IMG/VR virus record: IMGVR_UViG_2778261538_000003
Source: a virus
Taxonomy: Duplodnaviria > Heunggongvirae > Uroviricota > Caudoviricetes
Length of the DNA stretch: 42,281 nt
Strand: one strand, 5' to 3'
Positions within the stretch are counted from its first letter, which is position 1; the number at the start of each line of letters is the position of its first letter. Made by a program: the position numbers and the translations under genes. The notes under the pieces were generated by a model. It ran no database searches. It saw only the letters and a program-made list of their open reading frames with translations, and had not been told where the DNA came from. Positions 1-8,950 of the stretch are shown here, piece after piece.

Positions 1-267
1 ATGCGCAGAAAAGAATCAAACGTTAGCAGTTTGCCGGAACTCACCAATTTTGAGGTAAGCTATTCCCTAGTTACCAATGAAGTTTACTTGTCTGCATCCT
101 TCACTGATAACATGGCCTGTATACCAAACTGGCCCTTACAAGAATTTCCGGATCAACTAATATGCATTTCTCGAGCAAAAGCTATTGCCCTAATCGAAGA
201 GCTCCAGAAGACCATCGACTATATGGACGCAGGAATCGATCGACAATCAGGTAGCCTGCTCCAGTAG
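1..267 (+). CDS. hypothetical protein, possibly 5'-truncated by the window edge
   Basis: Open frame running from position 1; no recognisable motif; lies in the AT-rich region left of the prophage tail-fibre module. Confidence 0.3.
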   Translation: MRRKESNVSSLPELTNFEVSYSLVTNEVYLSASFTDNMACIPNWPLQEFPDQLICISRAKAIALIEELQKTIDYMDAGIDRQSGSLLQ

Positions 268-400
268 CTGGCGAGTTTTATACTCGTTCCCTGCAACAAT
301 GGGCTTTTGGTAAGGCACTCACAAATAAGGAATTCGTTAAGGCTTTTGTTCTGGAGACTCTGAAAGATACAAGGAATCAGTTGATGGCTGGTTTGATCAT

Positions 401-441
401 ACTAATTAATATATTGTCAGACTCACAATATATTAATTAGT
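401..441. repeat. perfect 17-bp inverted repeat with 7-bp spacer (ACTAATTAATATATTGT-cagactc-ACAATATATTAATTAGT)
   Basis: Read directly: 425-441 is the exact reverse complement of 401-417. AT-rich, no flanking T-run, so more likely a protein-binding operator than a terminator. Confidence 0.8.
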
Positions 442-568
442 GGTAGAACATAAAACCGAGTTCTTGACTTTCAATAGCTATTATATGCGATCAACAACCT
501 TAACCACCTCCTTATATTTTATGAGATACTCAAACAATTTAAATTTATGAGCAAAGGAAAATAATAAA

Positions 569-1414
569 GTGAATAAAAATCCCTGGGATATTCCAGCATG
601 GCACGCTCTGGGCCGAGAAGCATCTTTAGTTACACAGCTCATTGGTTCTGGGGCAACAGCCATAGGTAAAGCCAATTATGCAGACAAAATAGGTGAATAT
701 TACACAGCATTTTTTGGGCTTTCTGTAGGTTTTGAGAGACTTGCTAAACTAATACTTGTTGCACACTATGCCATTGAACACAAAGGGAAAATGCCTGATG
801 AGAATATTGTAAGAAAATTTGGACATAAGCTCATTGAATTAACCAACGAGGTTGATAGTATTTCTAAAAAAATGCAACTATCTCTGAGATATTCACGTCC
901 TACACATAAAATTACCTACAAAATACTTGAATGTTTAGATTCCTTTGCTGATGCCCGACGGGGACGTTACGCAAATTTCTCCTCATTAAGCAGCCCCAAT
1001 TTAACCAATAATGAACCTATTAATAAATGGTGGGGAGAAGTAGCCGAGAGTATCCTTGAAAAACATTATTATTATACAGTTGAACAAAGACGTGTTGAAG
1101 AAAATGCTAGGTTTATCAATGCCACTCTTTCACCGTATACAACGGTCATGTATATGAATGAAAGTACCAACATTATGCAAGACCTTATATCAGCCTCCAT
1201 CCGTACTGGACAAAATACCATTGTTCAAAAGTGGGGAAGATTCTATTCTCTTAGCATCGCTCGTTGGCTTGCCACAGTATTAGCAGAACTGTCTGATATA
1301 GCTTCTCATAAATATGGAATAATTAGTTTTTATGGCCTTAGTGAACATTGTTGCAGTTATATAGTTGAAGATAGTTTTTTAAAAAACAGAAAAATATGGC
1401 CACTTCGCCAATAG
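569..1414 (+). CDS. hypothetical protein (AT-rich cargo gene; candidate defence or abortive-infection function)
   Basis: 281-codon ORF with GTG start preceded by AGGA; visibly lower GC than the phage backbone; no family recognised; contains R-x5-H (RYSRPTH) of uncertain meaning. Confidence 0.55.
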   Translation: MNKNPWDIPAWHALGREASLVTQLIGSGATAIGKANYADKIGEYYTAFFGLSVGFERLAKLILVAHYAIEHKGKMPDENIVRKFGHKLIELTNEVDSISKKMQLSLRYSRPTHKITYKILECLDSFADARRGRYANFSSLSSPNLTNNEPINKWWGEVAESILEKHYYYTVEQRRVEENARFINATLSPYTTVMYMNESTNIMQDLISASIRTGQNTIVQKWGRFYSLSIARWLATVLAELSDIASHKYGIISFYGLSEHCCSYIVEDSFLKNRKIWPLRQ

Positions 1415-1418
1415 TTAA

Positions 1419-1733
1419 CTAGAAAATCTGCATAAGGGGGAGAAATCCCCCACCTGTAATAACATAACTACTAAAATTAACACCTTGTTCGCACAACTCC
1501 TCCACCAGCACGACAAGATGCCGCACACTGCGCCCCAGCCGATCCAGCTTCCAGACAACCAGAGTGTCACCTGCCGATAATGTCCTGAGCAGTTTTTTCA
1601 GTCCCGGCCTTTCGGACTTTGTACCGCTTATCTTGTCTTCAAAAAACAGCTCGCATCCTGCACAGTTCAGCGCATTACGTTGTAGATCTGTGTTCTGGTC
1701 ATTTGTTGACACACGTACATAGCCAATAAGCAT
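1419..1733 (-). pseudogene. truncated Gin/Pin/Hin-family DNA invertase (serine recombinase catalytic core only, C-terminal HTH missing)
   Basis: N-terminus MLIGYVRVSTNDQ...GDTLVVWKLDRLGRS matches the resolvase/invertase catalytic motif; ATG at 1733; homology ends near VNFSS and the frame stops after about 104 codons versus roughly 190 expected. Confidence 0.75.
1421..1451 (-). terminator. possible rho-independent terminator (GGGGG-agaaat-CCCCC hairpin then T-rich tract on minus strand)
   Basis: Hairpin at 1436-1451 followed on the minus strand by TTATGCAGATTTTCT; it encodes the non-homologous C-terminal tail of the truncated invertase frame. Confidence 0.35.
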
Positions 1734-1759
1734 AGTGGATCCCTCTGACAAAAGCAGGA

Positions 1760-2257
1760 ATGATGCCATTTGCTCGTTATTTCTGCATTTTCATAAACGT
1801 TGGTTTGGGAGAAGGTGCTCCAGCTATTGGCGTTCCGTTCTTCTGGCCGTCCGCTGCAATGCCAAATACTGTAATCGACAGCTGGTCCAGTATGGTGTTT
1901 TTGAAGTTCAACGGCGCGAAATTCTCTGCCACTGATTATCCTGTGCTGGCGAAAGTATTTCCTTCGCTGGTATTACCTGAAGCCCGCGGTGATTTCATTC
2001 GTATCTGGGATGACGGGCGAGGTGCAGACGGTGGTCGCGAATTATTAAGCTGGCAGGCAGCTACAAACTTTTCTCAGTTTGCCGGGAATATAGGCGAAGG
2101 TGCGGGACACGCAATTAACTTTCATGATGGCATCGCCGGAAATCAGCCAGGATTTTCACGATTTAATTTCACCAGTAACTCTGTGGGTGATGGTGTGAAT
2201 TTTGTTGCTGTCAGACCGCGAAATATTGCATTTAACTTTCTGGTGAGGGCTAAATAA
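1760..2257 (+). CDS. alternative tail-fibre C-terminal segment (silent cassette of an invertible segment; no own start)
   Basis: Frame carries IFINVGLGEG...VPFFWP, parallel to IFGFPVGQTG...FPLPFP in the expressed fibre gene on the other strand; followed directly by a tail-fibre assembly gene. Confidence 0.55.
   Translation: MMPFARYFCIFINVGLGEGAPAIGVPFFWPSAAMPNTVIDSWSSMVFLKFNGAKFSATDYPVLAKVFPSLVLPEARGDFIRIWDDGRGADGGRELLSWQAATNFSQFAGNIGEGAGHAINFHDGIAGNQPGFSRFNFTSNSVGDGVNFVAVRPRNIAFNFLVRAK
1788..1813. other. hix/gix-like 26-bp inversion crossover site (TTTTCATAAACG-TT-GGTTTGGGAGAA)
   Basis: Two 12-bp half-sites ending in AAACC-type sequence around a 2-bp core, resembling hixL as recalled; sits at the junction of the silent tail-fibre cassette next to the invertase. 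Confidence 0.5.
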
Positions 2258-2850
2258 TGAAACCTGTTTTTGATGAAAATGGGCTGGCTACAGTGCCGGG
2301 CGATATGCGTTGTTTTTATTATAATGCAGTAACGTATGAATATACCGGCTGGTCTGATGAATATATTAATACTGGCGTAAGTATACCCGCCTGTTCCACT
2401 GGTATTGACCCGGGCGAAAACATTCCGGGAAAAGTGGCAGTATTTACGGGTAAGGGATGGAGCCATGAAGAAGACCATCGCAATGAGACCGTTTACTCAA
2501 CTGAAAATGGCGCAGCTGTTACAGTGGATTATATCGGTGCCATCAAAGACGGTTATGTCACGATTTCACCGTTAACGCCATACGATAAATGGGATGGTGA
2601 GAAATGGGTGACAGACACTGAGGCACAACACAGTGCCGCAGTAGACGCGGCAGAAGCACAGCGCCAGTCACTGATTGATGCAGCAATGGCTTCCATTAGT
2701 CTGATTCAGCTGAAATTACAGGCCGGGCGGAAACTGACGCAGGCAGAAACAACCCGACTTAACGTCGTGCTGGATTACATTGACGCGGTGACGGCAACAG
2801 ATACCAGCACCGCGCCTGATGTCATCTGGCCTGAGCTGCCGGAGGCGTAG
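2257..2850 (+). CDS. tail fibre assembly protein (Tfa/U'-like, alternative copy)
   Basis: 197 aa ending ...TSTAPDVIWPELPEA, the typical Tfa C-terminus; position after the alternative fibre segment. Confidence 0.8.
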   Translation: MKPVFDENGLATVPGDMRCFYYNAVTYEYTGWSDEYINTGVSIPACSTGIDPGENIPGKVAVFTGKGWSHEEDHRNETVYSTENGAAVTVDYIGAIKDGYVTISPLTPYDKWDGEKWVTDTEAQHSAAVDAAEAQRQSLIDAAMASISLIQLKLQAGRKLTQAETTRLNVVLDYIDAVTATDTSTAPDVIWPELPEA

Positions 2851-3265
2851 GCCATTCAATATCGGGTGCTGTTGACGTATCAACACGCATCAGCAGCACA
2901 CGGTATTTCTTCCATTGGGTGAGAGTTGAAGTTTCTTCATCAGTTGCGATACCAGCATCAACAGCATCCTGACGCCAGGATATTTCACTGTCAGCTTTTG
3001 CACGAAATGTGGCTTTCATGTTTTCTGCATCTGATATTTTCTGTTCTGGTGAAAGCGGCGGCTCATCAACCCATGCAAGGGTCCCTGAAACCATTCCCAG
3101 CATTTTTCCTGTTGGCTTATTTCCCCCATTAAATCTGACAGCATCCTCATCGCTGATTTCAATACCATCCTGCGGCCATGTCCCCTCCTTGATATAACTT
3201 TCATATAGCGCTGCGTTGTAGATTGCATTTTCGGACGGGCTGTAAACACTTTTAACTTTATTCAT
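2822..3265 (-). CDS. tail fibre assembly protein (Tfa/U-like, expressed orientation)
   Basis: 147 aa ending ...VDTSTAPDIEWPTPPA; immediately downstream of the minus-strand tail-fibre gene. Confidence 0.8.
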   Translation of the reverse strand: MNKVKSVYSPSENAIYNAALYESYIKEGTWPQDGIEISDEDAVRFNGGNKPTGKMLGMVSGTLAWVDEPPLSPEQKISDAENMKATFRAKADSEISWRQDAVDAGIATDEETSTLTQWKKYRVLLMRVDTSTAPDIEWPTPPAAQAR

Positions 3266-3269
3266 TCTG

Positions 3270-4016
3270 TTATCTCCCTTTCGCTATATAGCAAAGATTA
3301 AACCCACCGGCGCCTGACATACGGGCTGTAAAACCCGTTCTTGAAGTACCAGTTGAGTTAACTCCATAAGCAGGCATGGTTGCTGGAGAAAGCAGAGACT
3401 CCTGGATATCTGCCATTGTCAGTGTAATTGATTCGACCCGCGCGGGGAAAGGTAGCGGGAAAACAACATTCGTCCCTGTCTGTCCAACGGGGAAACCGAA
3501 AATACCCCATTGTGTAATTACCCCATCCGGCCCCTTACTCCATCCAGATTTAGGATTCGGCCAGTCTGCTGCTCCAGAGTGCCCCGTTGTAAAACTACTC
3601 ATATCTGGTACTTGCCCGGTATCCGTTCCGACGTTCCTCGTTGCCGCTTCTCCCAAACCAAGGTTTTCGAGAGCTGTTTTCACCGTGCCGTCCGATTTGA
3701 TATCGCCAAACGGATTCTTGCGGCTCAGGTATTCAACAGCAAACCCCGATCCCAGCAATTCAACAAAACCGGGCAGATCACCATTATCAAGCACATCCCG
3801 TTGCGTTTTATCACTTACAAACTGGGCCAGAGCTGCAGCAATAAAGCTGGCCTGCCGAATAACCTTATTGACTTGCGCACTGGAGGCTTTCCCTGCTGTA
3901 AATCCAGATAAAAGCGCGGGCAACGCTTCCCATTCCTCCTGCGATATAACATTGGCATTTCGATCCGTTGCAAACGCTTTAAAGTCATTTTTCGCCATCA
4001 GAGTAATACTCCCCAT
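3270..4016 (-). CDS. tail fibre protein
   Basis: 248 aa, Gly/Thr/Ser-rich; last structural gene of the tail operon, followed by Tfa. Confidence 0.7.
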   Translation of the reverse strand: MGSITLMAKNDFKAFATDRNANVISQEEWEALPALLSGFTAGKASSAQVNKVIRQASFIAAALAQFVSDKTQRDVLDNGDLPGFVELLGSGFAVEYLSRKNPFGDIKSDGTVKTALENLGLGEAATRNVGTDTGQVPDMSSFTTGHSGAADWPNPKSGWSKGPDGVITQWGIFGFPVGQTGTNVVFPLPFPARVESITLTMADIQESLLSPATMPAYGVNSTGTSRTGFTARMSGAGGFNLCYIAKGR

Positions 4017-4678
4017 GCTCCTACATCAAAACCACTGATGAATTCGTTATCCATATCAAAACCAAAAAATTTTGAGCCTTCCGATGGGGTTTCCACCGAA
4101 GGTGTTTCAATGCCACCCGCCCATACCCCGGCGGCTTTTACTGTGAGATACCCCTGTTTAATTGCCGCAATTAACTCACGCGATACATCTGAAATATCAG
4201 TATCAGGAAAGACCCAGACCGATATCGTCATGTCCTGGTTATCGACTATCTGCATTCGCAGCCCGGATCCTGCTGTTGCCGCGTCAAGAATTGCCGGAAG
4301 CGAATCATTCCGTCCGTCCCAGTTATTAATCGCAATCTTCGCTTTAAGAATGACACGATAAGTTTCATCGCTGAGATACATGTATCCTGAATCAGGATCG
4401 TATGGTCCCTGCCATACCCCCTGATCATATCCAAGCCCGTCGGTATCCCAGCTGAAATAGACACCTGAGATAGGCTGGCTGACAACACGGCTACGTCCGA
4501 TCCACAATCCAAGGATGTCAAGTTGCACACCAACCGCAGAGTCAATATCAAATGCACTAATCAGCCCTCTGGTGGCAGCCGCAACATCAATAAGTGGCCG
4601 GGTCATCAGATCAACATGCGCAAGAAATTTAGGTTTGGTGGCGTGGTAGTTCGTGATTAGTTCGGTGTATTTGCTCAT
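3998..4678 (-). CDS. baseplate protein (gpI/XkdU-like position)
   Basis: 226 aa, overlaps neighbours by a few bases; gene order between baseplate J-like protein and tail fibre. Confidence 0.5.
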   Translation of the reverse strand: MSKYTELITNYHATKPKFLAHVDLMTRPLIDVAAATRGLISAFDIDSAVGVQLDILGLWIGRSRVVSQPISGVYFSWDTDGLGYDQGVWQGPYDPDSGYMYLSDETYRVILKAKIAINNWDGRNDSLPAILDAATAGSGLRMQIVDNQDMTISVWVFPDTDISDVSRELIAAIKQGYLTVKAAGVWAGGIETPSVETPSEGSKFFGFDMDNEFISGFDVGAWGVLL

Positions 4679-5874
4679 GACTCCACCGTTATAACGATAT
4701 TTTTCGGGGTACAGGACGCAGATTCGTTGTATCTGATATCAATGTTTGATGACGACAAAGCCCCCGGGGATTTCCCAATCGTCAGTTCCTGAATATCGTA
4801 ATAGCGTGCATTCCCGCCACTCACCACGCCAAGATTCGCCGGTGAGTAAATGCGACTTAAAAGGACCGAATCACCAATCATCAGACTATTGATATAGTCG
4901 GAAATAGCCTGCTGGATCTGCTGCCCTATCTGTGAGGTATAACCCGTAAAAACTTTTAATTTAATCAGGGCATAAACAGGCACATCACTGGAACGCGAGA
5001 ATTTGATTACATGGGGATTGCCGTATTTATCCGGAACCGTAACGGATGTTGTACCGTGAGTGGCTGTCCCCTGGCCTTTATTCCCTCTGATAGCCTGAGC
5101 AATATCCGTTACATCACCGCCATCCACAATTACAGCAACAGAGTGTGGCGGTAACCCGTTACCGTCCTCCGAACCAGTATCGTTTTCATAGAGTTTGTGG
5201 CGGGTTACACCGGTAACATTAGAAACAGCACCATCCAGTGCTTCAAATGGGGTTATTGATGGCAACGCAACACTTTGCGACTGGCGGATACGTAACTCAG
5301 CGTCAGTTTCTGCCGGAGTGCCCACAGTGGCTGCAGCAGGATTGGTTACCGAAACCCAGCCACGGGTTGGCGTATTAATTTCAGTGATAGTTCCAGCCAG
5401 CGCCGCCACTGCACCACTGACGGAACATGTTGCGGTCACCATCACTGTACCATCCACGCCTACCACCACTGAAGCAGGCAAACGCCATATCACATTATTA
5501 CTGTCTTTCACGCTGCCATTAATGATGGTTGTTCCGGCAGTTCCTGTAAGAAGCAAATCAACCGTAGAGTTCGTCGCGCCTTTACGTGAAATACCATTTA
5601 TTTTCACGTTACAGGTCAGTGCAGCCCCATAGCCGGTTGCCGGTGAAAAACAGTTGTAGACAGTTATCGCAGTATTATTGGCATCATGAATCGCCAGCGC
5701 CATCAGAGCCACCATCTGGCCGTCTTTGCTGTCCGGTTCGAGGTAGGCATCACTGCCATAAATCTGCTGAAAATAGCTAATCAGGGTGCTGAGTATCGTC
5801 TGATAATCAGGCGCACTGATCCCCTCCGCGGTTACCTTTGCAGATAAACCGAGAGAATCAAGGTTCAGAGCCAT
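4675..5874 (-). CDS. baseplate J-like protein
   Basis: 399 aa; size and position typical of the baseplate wedge protein in contractile-tail operons. Confidence 0.6.
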   Translation of the reverse strand: MALNLDSLGLSAKVTAEGISAPDYQTILSTLISYFQQIYGSDAYLEPDSKDGQMVALMALAIHDANNTAITVYNCFSPATGYGAALTCNVKINGISRKGATNSTVDLLLTGTAGTTIINGSVKDSNNVIWRLPASVVVGVDGTVMVTATCSVSGAVAALAGTITEINTPTRGWVSVTNPAAATVGTPAETDAELRIRQSQSVALPSITPFEALDGAVSNVTGVTRHKLYENDTGSEDGNGLPPHSVAVIVDGGDVTDIAQAIRGNKGQGTATHGTTSVTVPDKYGNPHVIKFSRSSDVPVYALIKLKVFTGYTSQIGQQIQQAISDYINSLMIGDSVLLSRIYSPANLGVVSGGNARYYDIQELTIGKSPGALSSSNIDIRYNESASCTPKNIVITVES

Positions 5875-6227
5875 TACGCCTCCGATGTAACAGTCGTTAT
5901 TCCATAAAGAGTGTCGATTTCAGCGGAAAACATGACACGTCGGGTCGTGGTATCCAGCGTCGTATTGAAAGAGAGGATTGATTTAACGCCCTGCGTTTCG
6001 AGGATGCGCTTACGGATCGCCAGGTTGTAGGTTTCCGGCTTCTGCTTACCGAGTACGGACTGGATCCACGGAGTCCCCTCGGTGGTGTCGAGAAACCATT
6101 GCCCATACCACAATTCGAATCGCGTTTTTACCGCCTGCGCCACGGCCTCCGGTGAGTTAATCAGCCAGGTGTCATCACCGCTGCCAAAGGTGTAATCGCC
6201 ATCGGCGTCTTCACGTCTGTATCGCAT
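5874..6227 (-). CDS. small baseplate protein (gpW/gp25-like position)
   Basis: 117 aa; stop/start overlap with the flanking baseplate genes. Confidence 0.45.
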   Translation of the reverse strand: MRYRREDADGDYTFGSGDDTWLINSPEAVAQAVKTRFELWYGQWFLDTTEGTPWIQSVLGKQKPETYNLAIRKRILETQGVKSILSFNTTLDTTTRRVMFSAEIDTLYGITTVTSEA

Positions 6228-6979
6228 CAGTTTACCCCGTCGGTACTGCTTCCACCGCGCTGAACACCACCATGAGTGTGCGTATCATCGATTGGCTTGC
6301 CGTTAGCCTTCACGCTCCCCAAAAACTCAACAGCACCAGTGATTTTTGAAGCCACACCAGAAACCACAGACCCCACCATGCCCCCCATCCAGGTTAACAG
6401 GCCATGAATGGTTACTTTCTCAGAAAAATCAGCCAGGGGGGCAACCACATCAAGCCCCCCCGGAGCGACAATTTTAATTTTCCTGGTATCAGGATTAAGC
6501 TCAAAATAGGTGCTGCCGTCGTCACTACGCAACTGTGTGGCACTGGTATTAATACCGCTAATCTTCCTAGCCTGCGACTGGGGACCGACAATACAAAACG
6601 CATCCGATAAATCATGCATTCTGTCATCAACCGTCTCCTGTATCCCGCCGCTCTGCCACCAGAAATCAATACAACGATCGGCAAAAACGACAAGACACTC
6701 ATCCCCAGCTTTTACCGGAAAAGTCAACGTACAGCCTCCGCCGCGCGGGAATACCACTGGCACATCCACCAGCAATGGGTAATTTTTGGTAATGCGGTTA
6801 CCGTCGTTATCCTTTTCAACTGACCGGATAGCTGGCTGCACAACCGCCGTCACCGCGTCAGGATCGAATGACTGAATAATGCCAGGCAAGGCGACACGGA
6901 TCTGGTTCTTTGTTGTTTCCCGTTCAGATTTAAATGTTTCGGCAAGATCGCCACTGCGGGTCTGGTCAGTTACTGCCAT
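6227..6979 (-). CDS. baseplate assembly/spike protein (gpV-like position)
   Basis: 250 aa with Gly-rich C-terminus; first gene after the cargo cassette in the baseplate block. Confidence 0.5.
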   Translation of the reverse strand: MAVTDQTRSGDLAETFKSERETTKNQIRVALPGIIQSFDPDAVTAVVQPAIRSVEKDNDGNRITKNYPLLVDVPVVFPRGGGCTLTFPVKAGDECLVVFADRCIDFWWQSGGIQETVDDRMHDLSDAFCIVGPQSQARKISGINTSATQLRSDDGSTYFELNPDTRKIKIVAPGGLDVVAPLADFSEKVTIHGLLTWMGGMVGSVVSGVASKITGAVEFLGSVKANGKPIDDTHTHGGVQRGGSSTDGVN

Positions 6980-6990
6980 TGGTAGGCTCC

Positions 6991-7013
6991 AAAAAGCAAA
7001 AAACCCGCCGGGT
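6991..7013 (-). terminator. possible terminator downstream of the tail-module cargo cassette
   Basis: Short GC hairpin (ACCC-GGC-GGGT) followed by TTTTTTGCTTTTT on the minus strand; weak stem. Confidence 0.3.
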
Positions 7014-7039
7014 GGCAGGTTTTATCTCATGAAGAATGA

Positions 7040-7552
7040 CTATCGGTGGATAGTATTAAAGTATTCAGAAAGCTGATTATCAGTTATCAAACACAACTGC
7101 ATCAAATAAATAGAGTATTTCAATAACTTTTCATCACGAACGGGGGCGGGACGTAAATACTTCCCGCCGTGAAAGAGATTATTTCTTATATACGGGATCT
7201 GCTTTAATGCTTCAGCAAGAGAATGAGGTTCGATTGGAGGTTTATCCTCCCACGAAAAATCATGCCTCTGCTGCTTCACAGGTTGCTGACATAGATACTC
7301 AACTGCCCTATCGACATTTCTATTTCCAGTAGGATATAAAGGCCGCGTATCATCAGTAGCGTAGCGGCTCCAGTCAGCACCGATTAGATAATTTCTACGA
7401 TCAGTTTTTTTGAAATTAATTCTTTTTAACGCATATTCGAAACGCGAAAAATAATTAAAAAACCTTATAACAAGAGTAATATCAATTCCGCCGAGAAGTT
7501 CCTGAAAGTCAGGGTCTTGAAATGAATTCAAAGGATCATCATCAACTGTCAC
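7040..7552 (-). CDS. hypothetical protein with a HEPN-like R-x4-H motif (cargo gene in tail operon)
   Basis: 170 aa, AT-rich; contains IRNNLFHGG; start overlaps the upstream gene by 4 bp. Confidence 0.5.
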   Translation of the reverse strand: MTVDDDPLNSFQDPDFQELLGGIDITLVIRFFNYFSRFEYALKRINFKKTDRRNYLIGADWSRYATDDTRPLYPTGNRNVDRAVEYLCQQPVKQQRHDFSWEDKPPIEPHSLAEALKQIPYIRNNLFHGGKYLRPAPVRDEKLLKYSIYLMQLCLITDNQLSEYFNTIHR

Positions 7553-7884
7553 TTGCTGCTCACTTTTTTACACGGGAAAGATCCAATGATTTTCGGCGCG
7601 TCCATGCTGTTCTGCAGCAGCTGGACGTTCAGGAAAGCTTTTCCGTTACGTTTCACAAACTCAAAGCCGTAATTGTTACCATCACGGGAAGGCATCAGGC
7701 CCATGTCCATTTTCATGTTTGAATAGTCACCATCTTTTCCCAGAAATTTTATCTTCTGTGATGTGACAGTTTCACCGTTAATAACAGTCATTCCGTCACC
7801 GGTCATCGTGTAGTTGCCGCACTGAATTGCAGCCATCGCCGGAGCAGTAACCATCATAACTAACGCCAAACATAACCGTTTCAT
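7549..7884 (-). CDS. secreted/periplasmic hypothetical protein (cargo gene in tail operon)
   Basis: 111 aa; N-terminus MKRLCLALVMMVTAPAMA-AIQ reads as a Sec signal peptide with AxA cleavage site; start overlaps the stop of the upstream tail gene. Confidence 0.55.
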   Translation of the reverse strand: MKRLCLALVMMVTAPAMAAIQCGNYTMTGDGMTVINGETVTSQKIKFLGKDGDYSNMKMDMGLMPSRDGNNYGFEFVKRNGKAFLNVQLLQNSMDAPKIIGSFPCKKVSSK

Positions 7885-8948
7885 TAAAGCCCTCTTTCCC
7901 TCGCTGATGAGGAAACAAGATCCGCCGCGCCACGCGCTTCACACATCATATCCATGTACCACGCCTGGCCCCTTGTGTCGCCAGTGTACATAATCCCGCG
8001 CACAATATAAACGCCATCCGTTGCGATGCTGGCAGGCTGCGATGTGGTGCCGCTGAGCGTGATATTTCCGTCCGTGTTCTGGTCGGTGATCTGACCACCA
8101 GCCATCGCAATATCGTTGTTCGACAACGCGGTACGATAGACGGAAGCCTGATCCAGCTGAATGAGCCCGTTAACCCGGATGTTCGGATTAATAAGCGCGC
8201 GGACGTTTACGCCGTTACCGATAGTCTGCTGCGGCATTCCAATAAGCCCGGTAGCGCTGTTGAGCACAATCGCTTCGTGAACATATTCGTTATTCACCAC
8301 CATCTGGCGCTGACCGTCCACGAATTGCCATGTTGCGCCACATTGTCCGGCTACGTTATCCATTAGATGCCGCGTCATGCCAAAGAGTACCCGCCCCCGG
8401 GGGAATACAGTAGCAGGCATTTCAGGCGTCAGGCCTTCGGTCGCGCCTTTGGCTTCGAAGTCTTTCATCAGCGCACGGTTCACATCAGCGACCGTGTAAC
8501 CGGCAGCCAGCGTCTGTGAGGTTATACTGGTAGCAAAAGCCAGATCAGTATCTGCTGCCTGAATCAGGACGTAGGTATCAACCGGACTGTCTTTTCCTGT
8601 GACCGAGTAGCGAATTTCACCGCTGAAAATCAGTCCGTAGTTGCGGCCATCTCTCTGGCCCACGTCCGCCGCGTCAACTTCCCGCACGGTCCCTACGTCG
8701 CTTGCTGACACCTCCGGCGCGATACCGTCGTAACCGGCAATCAGACGCACTTTCGAAAACTCCTGCCCGGTAATTCGGTTCACAGTATCTGCCGAGAGGT
8801 TATAAATTTTGATAGTCCCTACCCGGGACGCGCTGCTGATGTTGAACCAGTCGATCGTAAAGGTGACTTTGAAATCACTTAGCTCAATTCCCTGACCGTT
8901 CCCGTCCACAAGCTGCAGCTCGAAATGTCTCATCCAGTTCTGTGACAT
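7884..8948 (-). CDS. tail/baseplate hub protein (gpD/XkdQ-like position)
   Basis: 354 aa; gene order after tape measure in a sheath-tube tail operon. Confidence 0.45.
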   Translation of the reverse strand: MSQNWMRHFELQLVDGNGQGIELSDFKVTFTIDWFNISSASRVGTIKIYNLSADTVNRITGQEFSKVRLIAGYDGIAPEVSASDVGTVREVDAADVGQRDGRNYGLIFSGEIRYSVTGKDSPVDTYVLIQAADTDLAFATSITSQTLAAGYTVADVNRALMKDFEAKGATEGLTPEMPATVFPRGRVLFGMTRHLMDNVAGQCGATWQFVDGQRQMVVNNEYVHEAIVLNSATGLIGMPQQTIGNGVNVRALINPNIRVNGLIQLDQASVYRTALSNNDIAMAGGQITDQNTDGNITLSGTTSQPASIATDGVYIVRGIMYTGDTRGQAWYMDMMCEARGAADLVSSSARERGL

Positions 8949-8950
8949 GC

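Noticed and set aside
1734-1769. Upstream start at 1769 for the invertase
   Set aside because: Homology to serine invertases begins exactly at MLIGYVRVS (ATG at 1733); the 12 upstream codons are not conserved.
3376-4038. Long plus-strand ORFs overlapping the minus-strand tail-fibre and baseplate genes (for example 3376-4038, 3510-3911, 5195-5632)
   Set aside because: They lie antisense inside well-supported structural genes in GC-rich sequence where stop codons are rare, have no RBS and odd composition; treated as non-coding. The same applies to 17582-18283, 26920-27597, 32577-33134 and 34976-35539.
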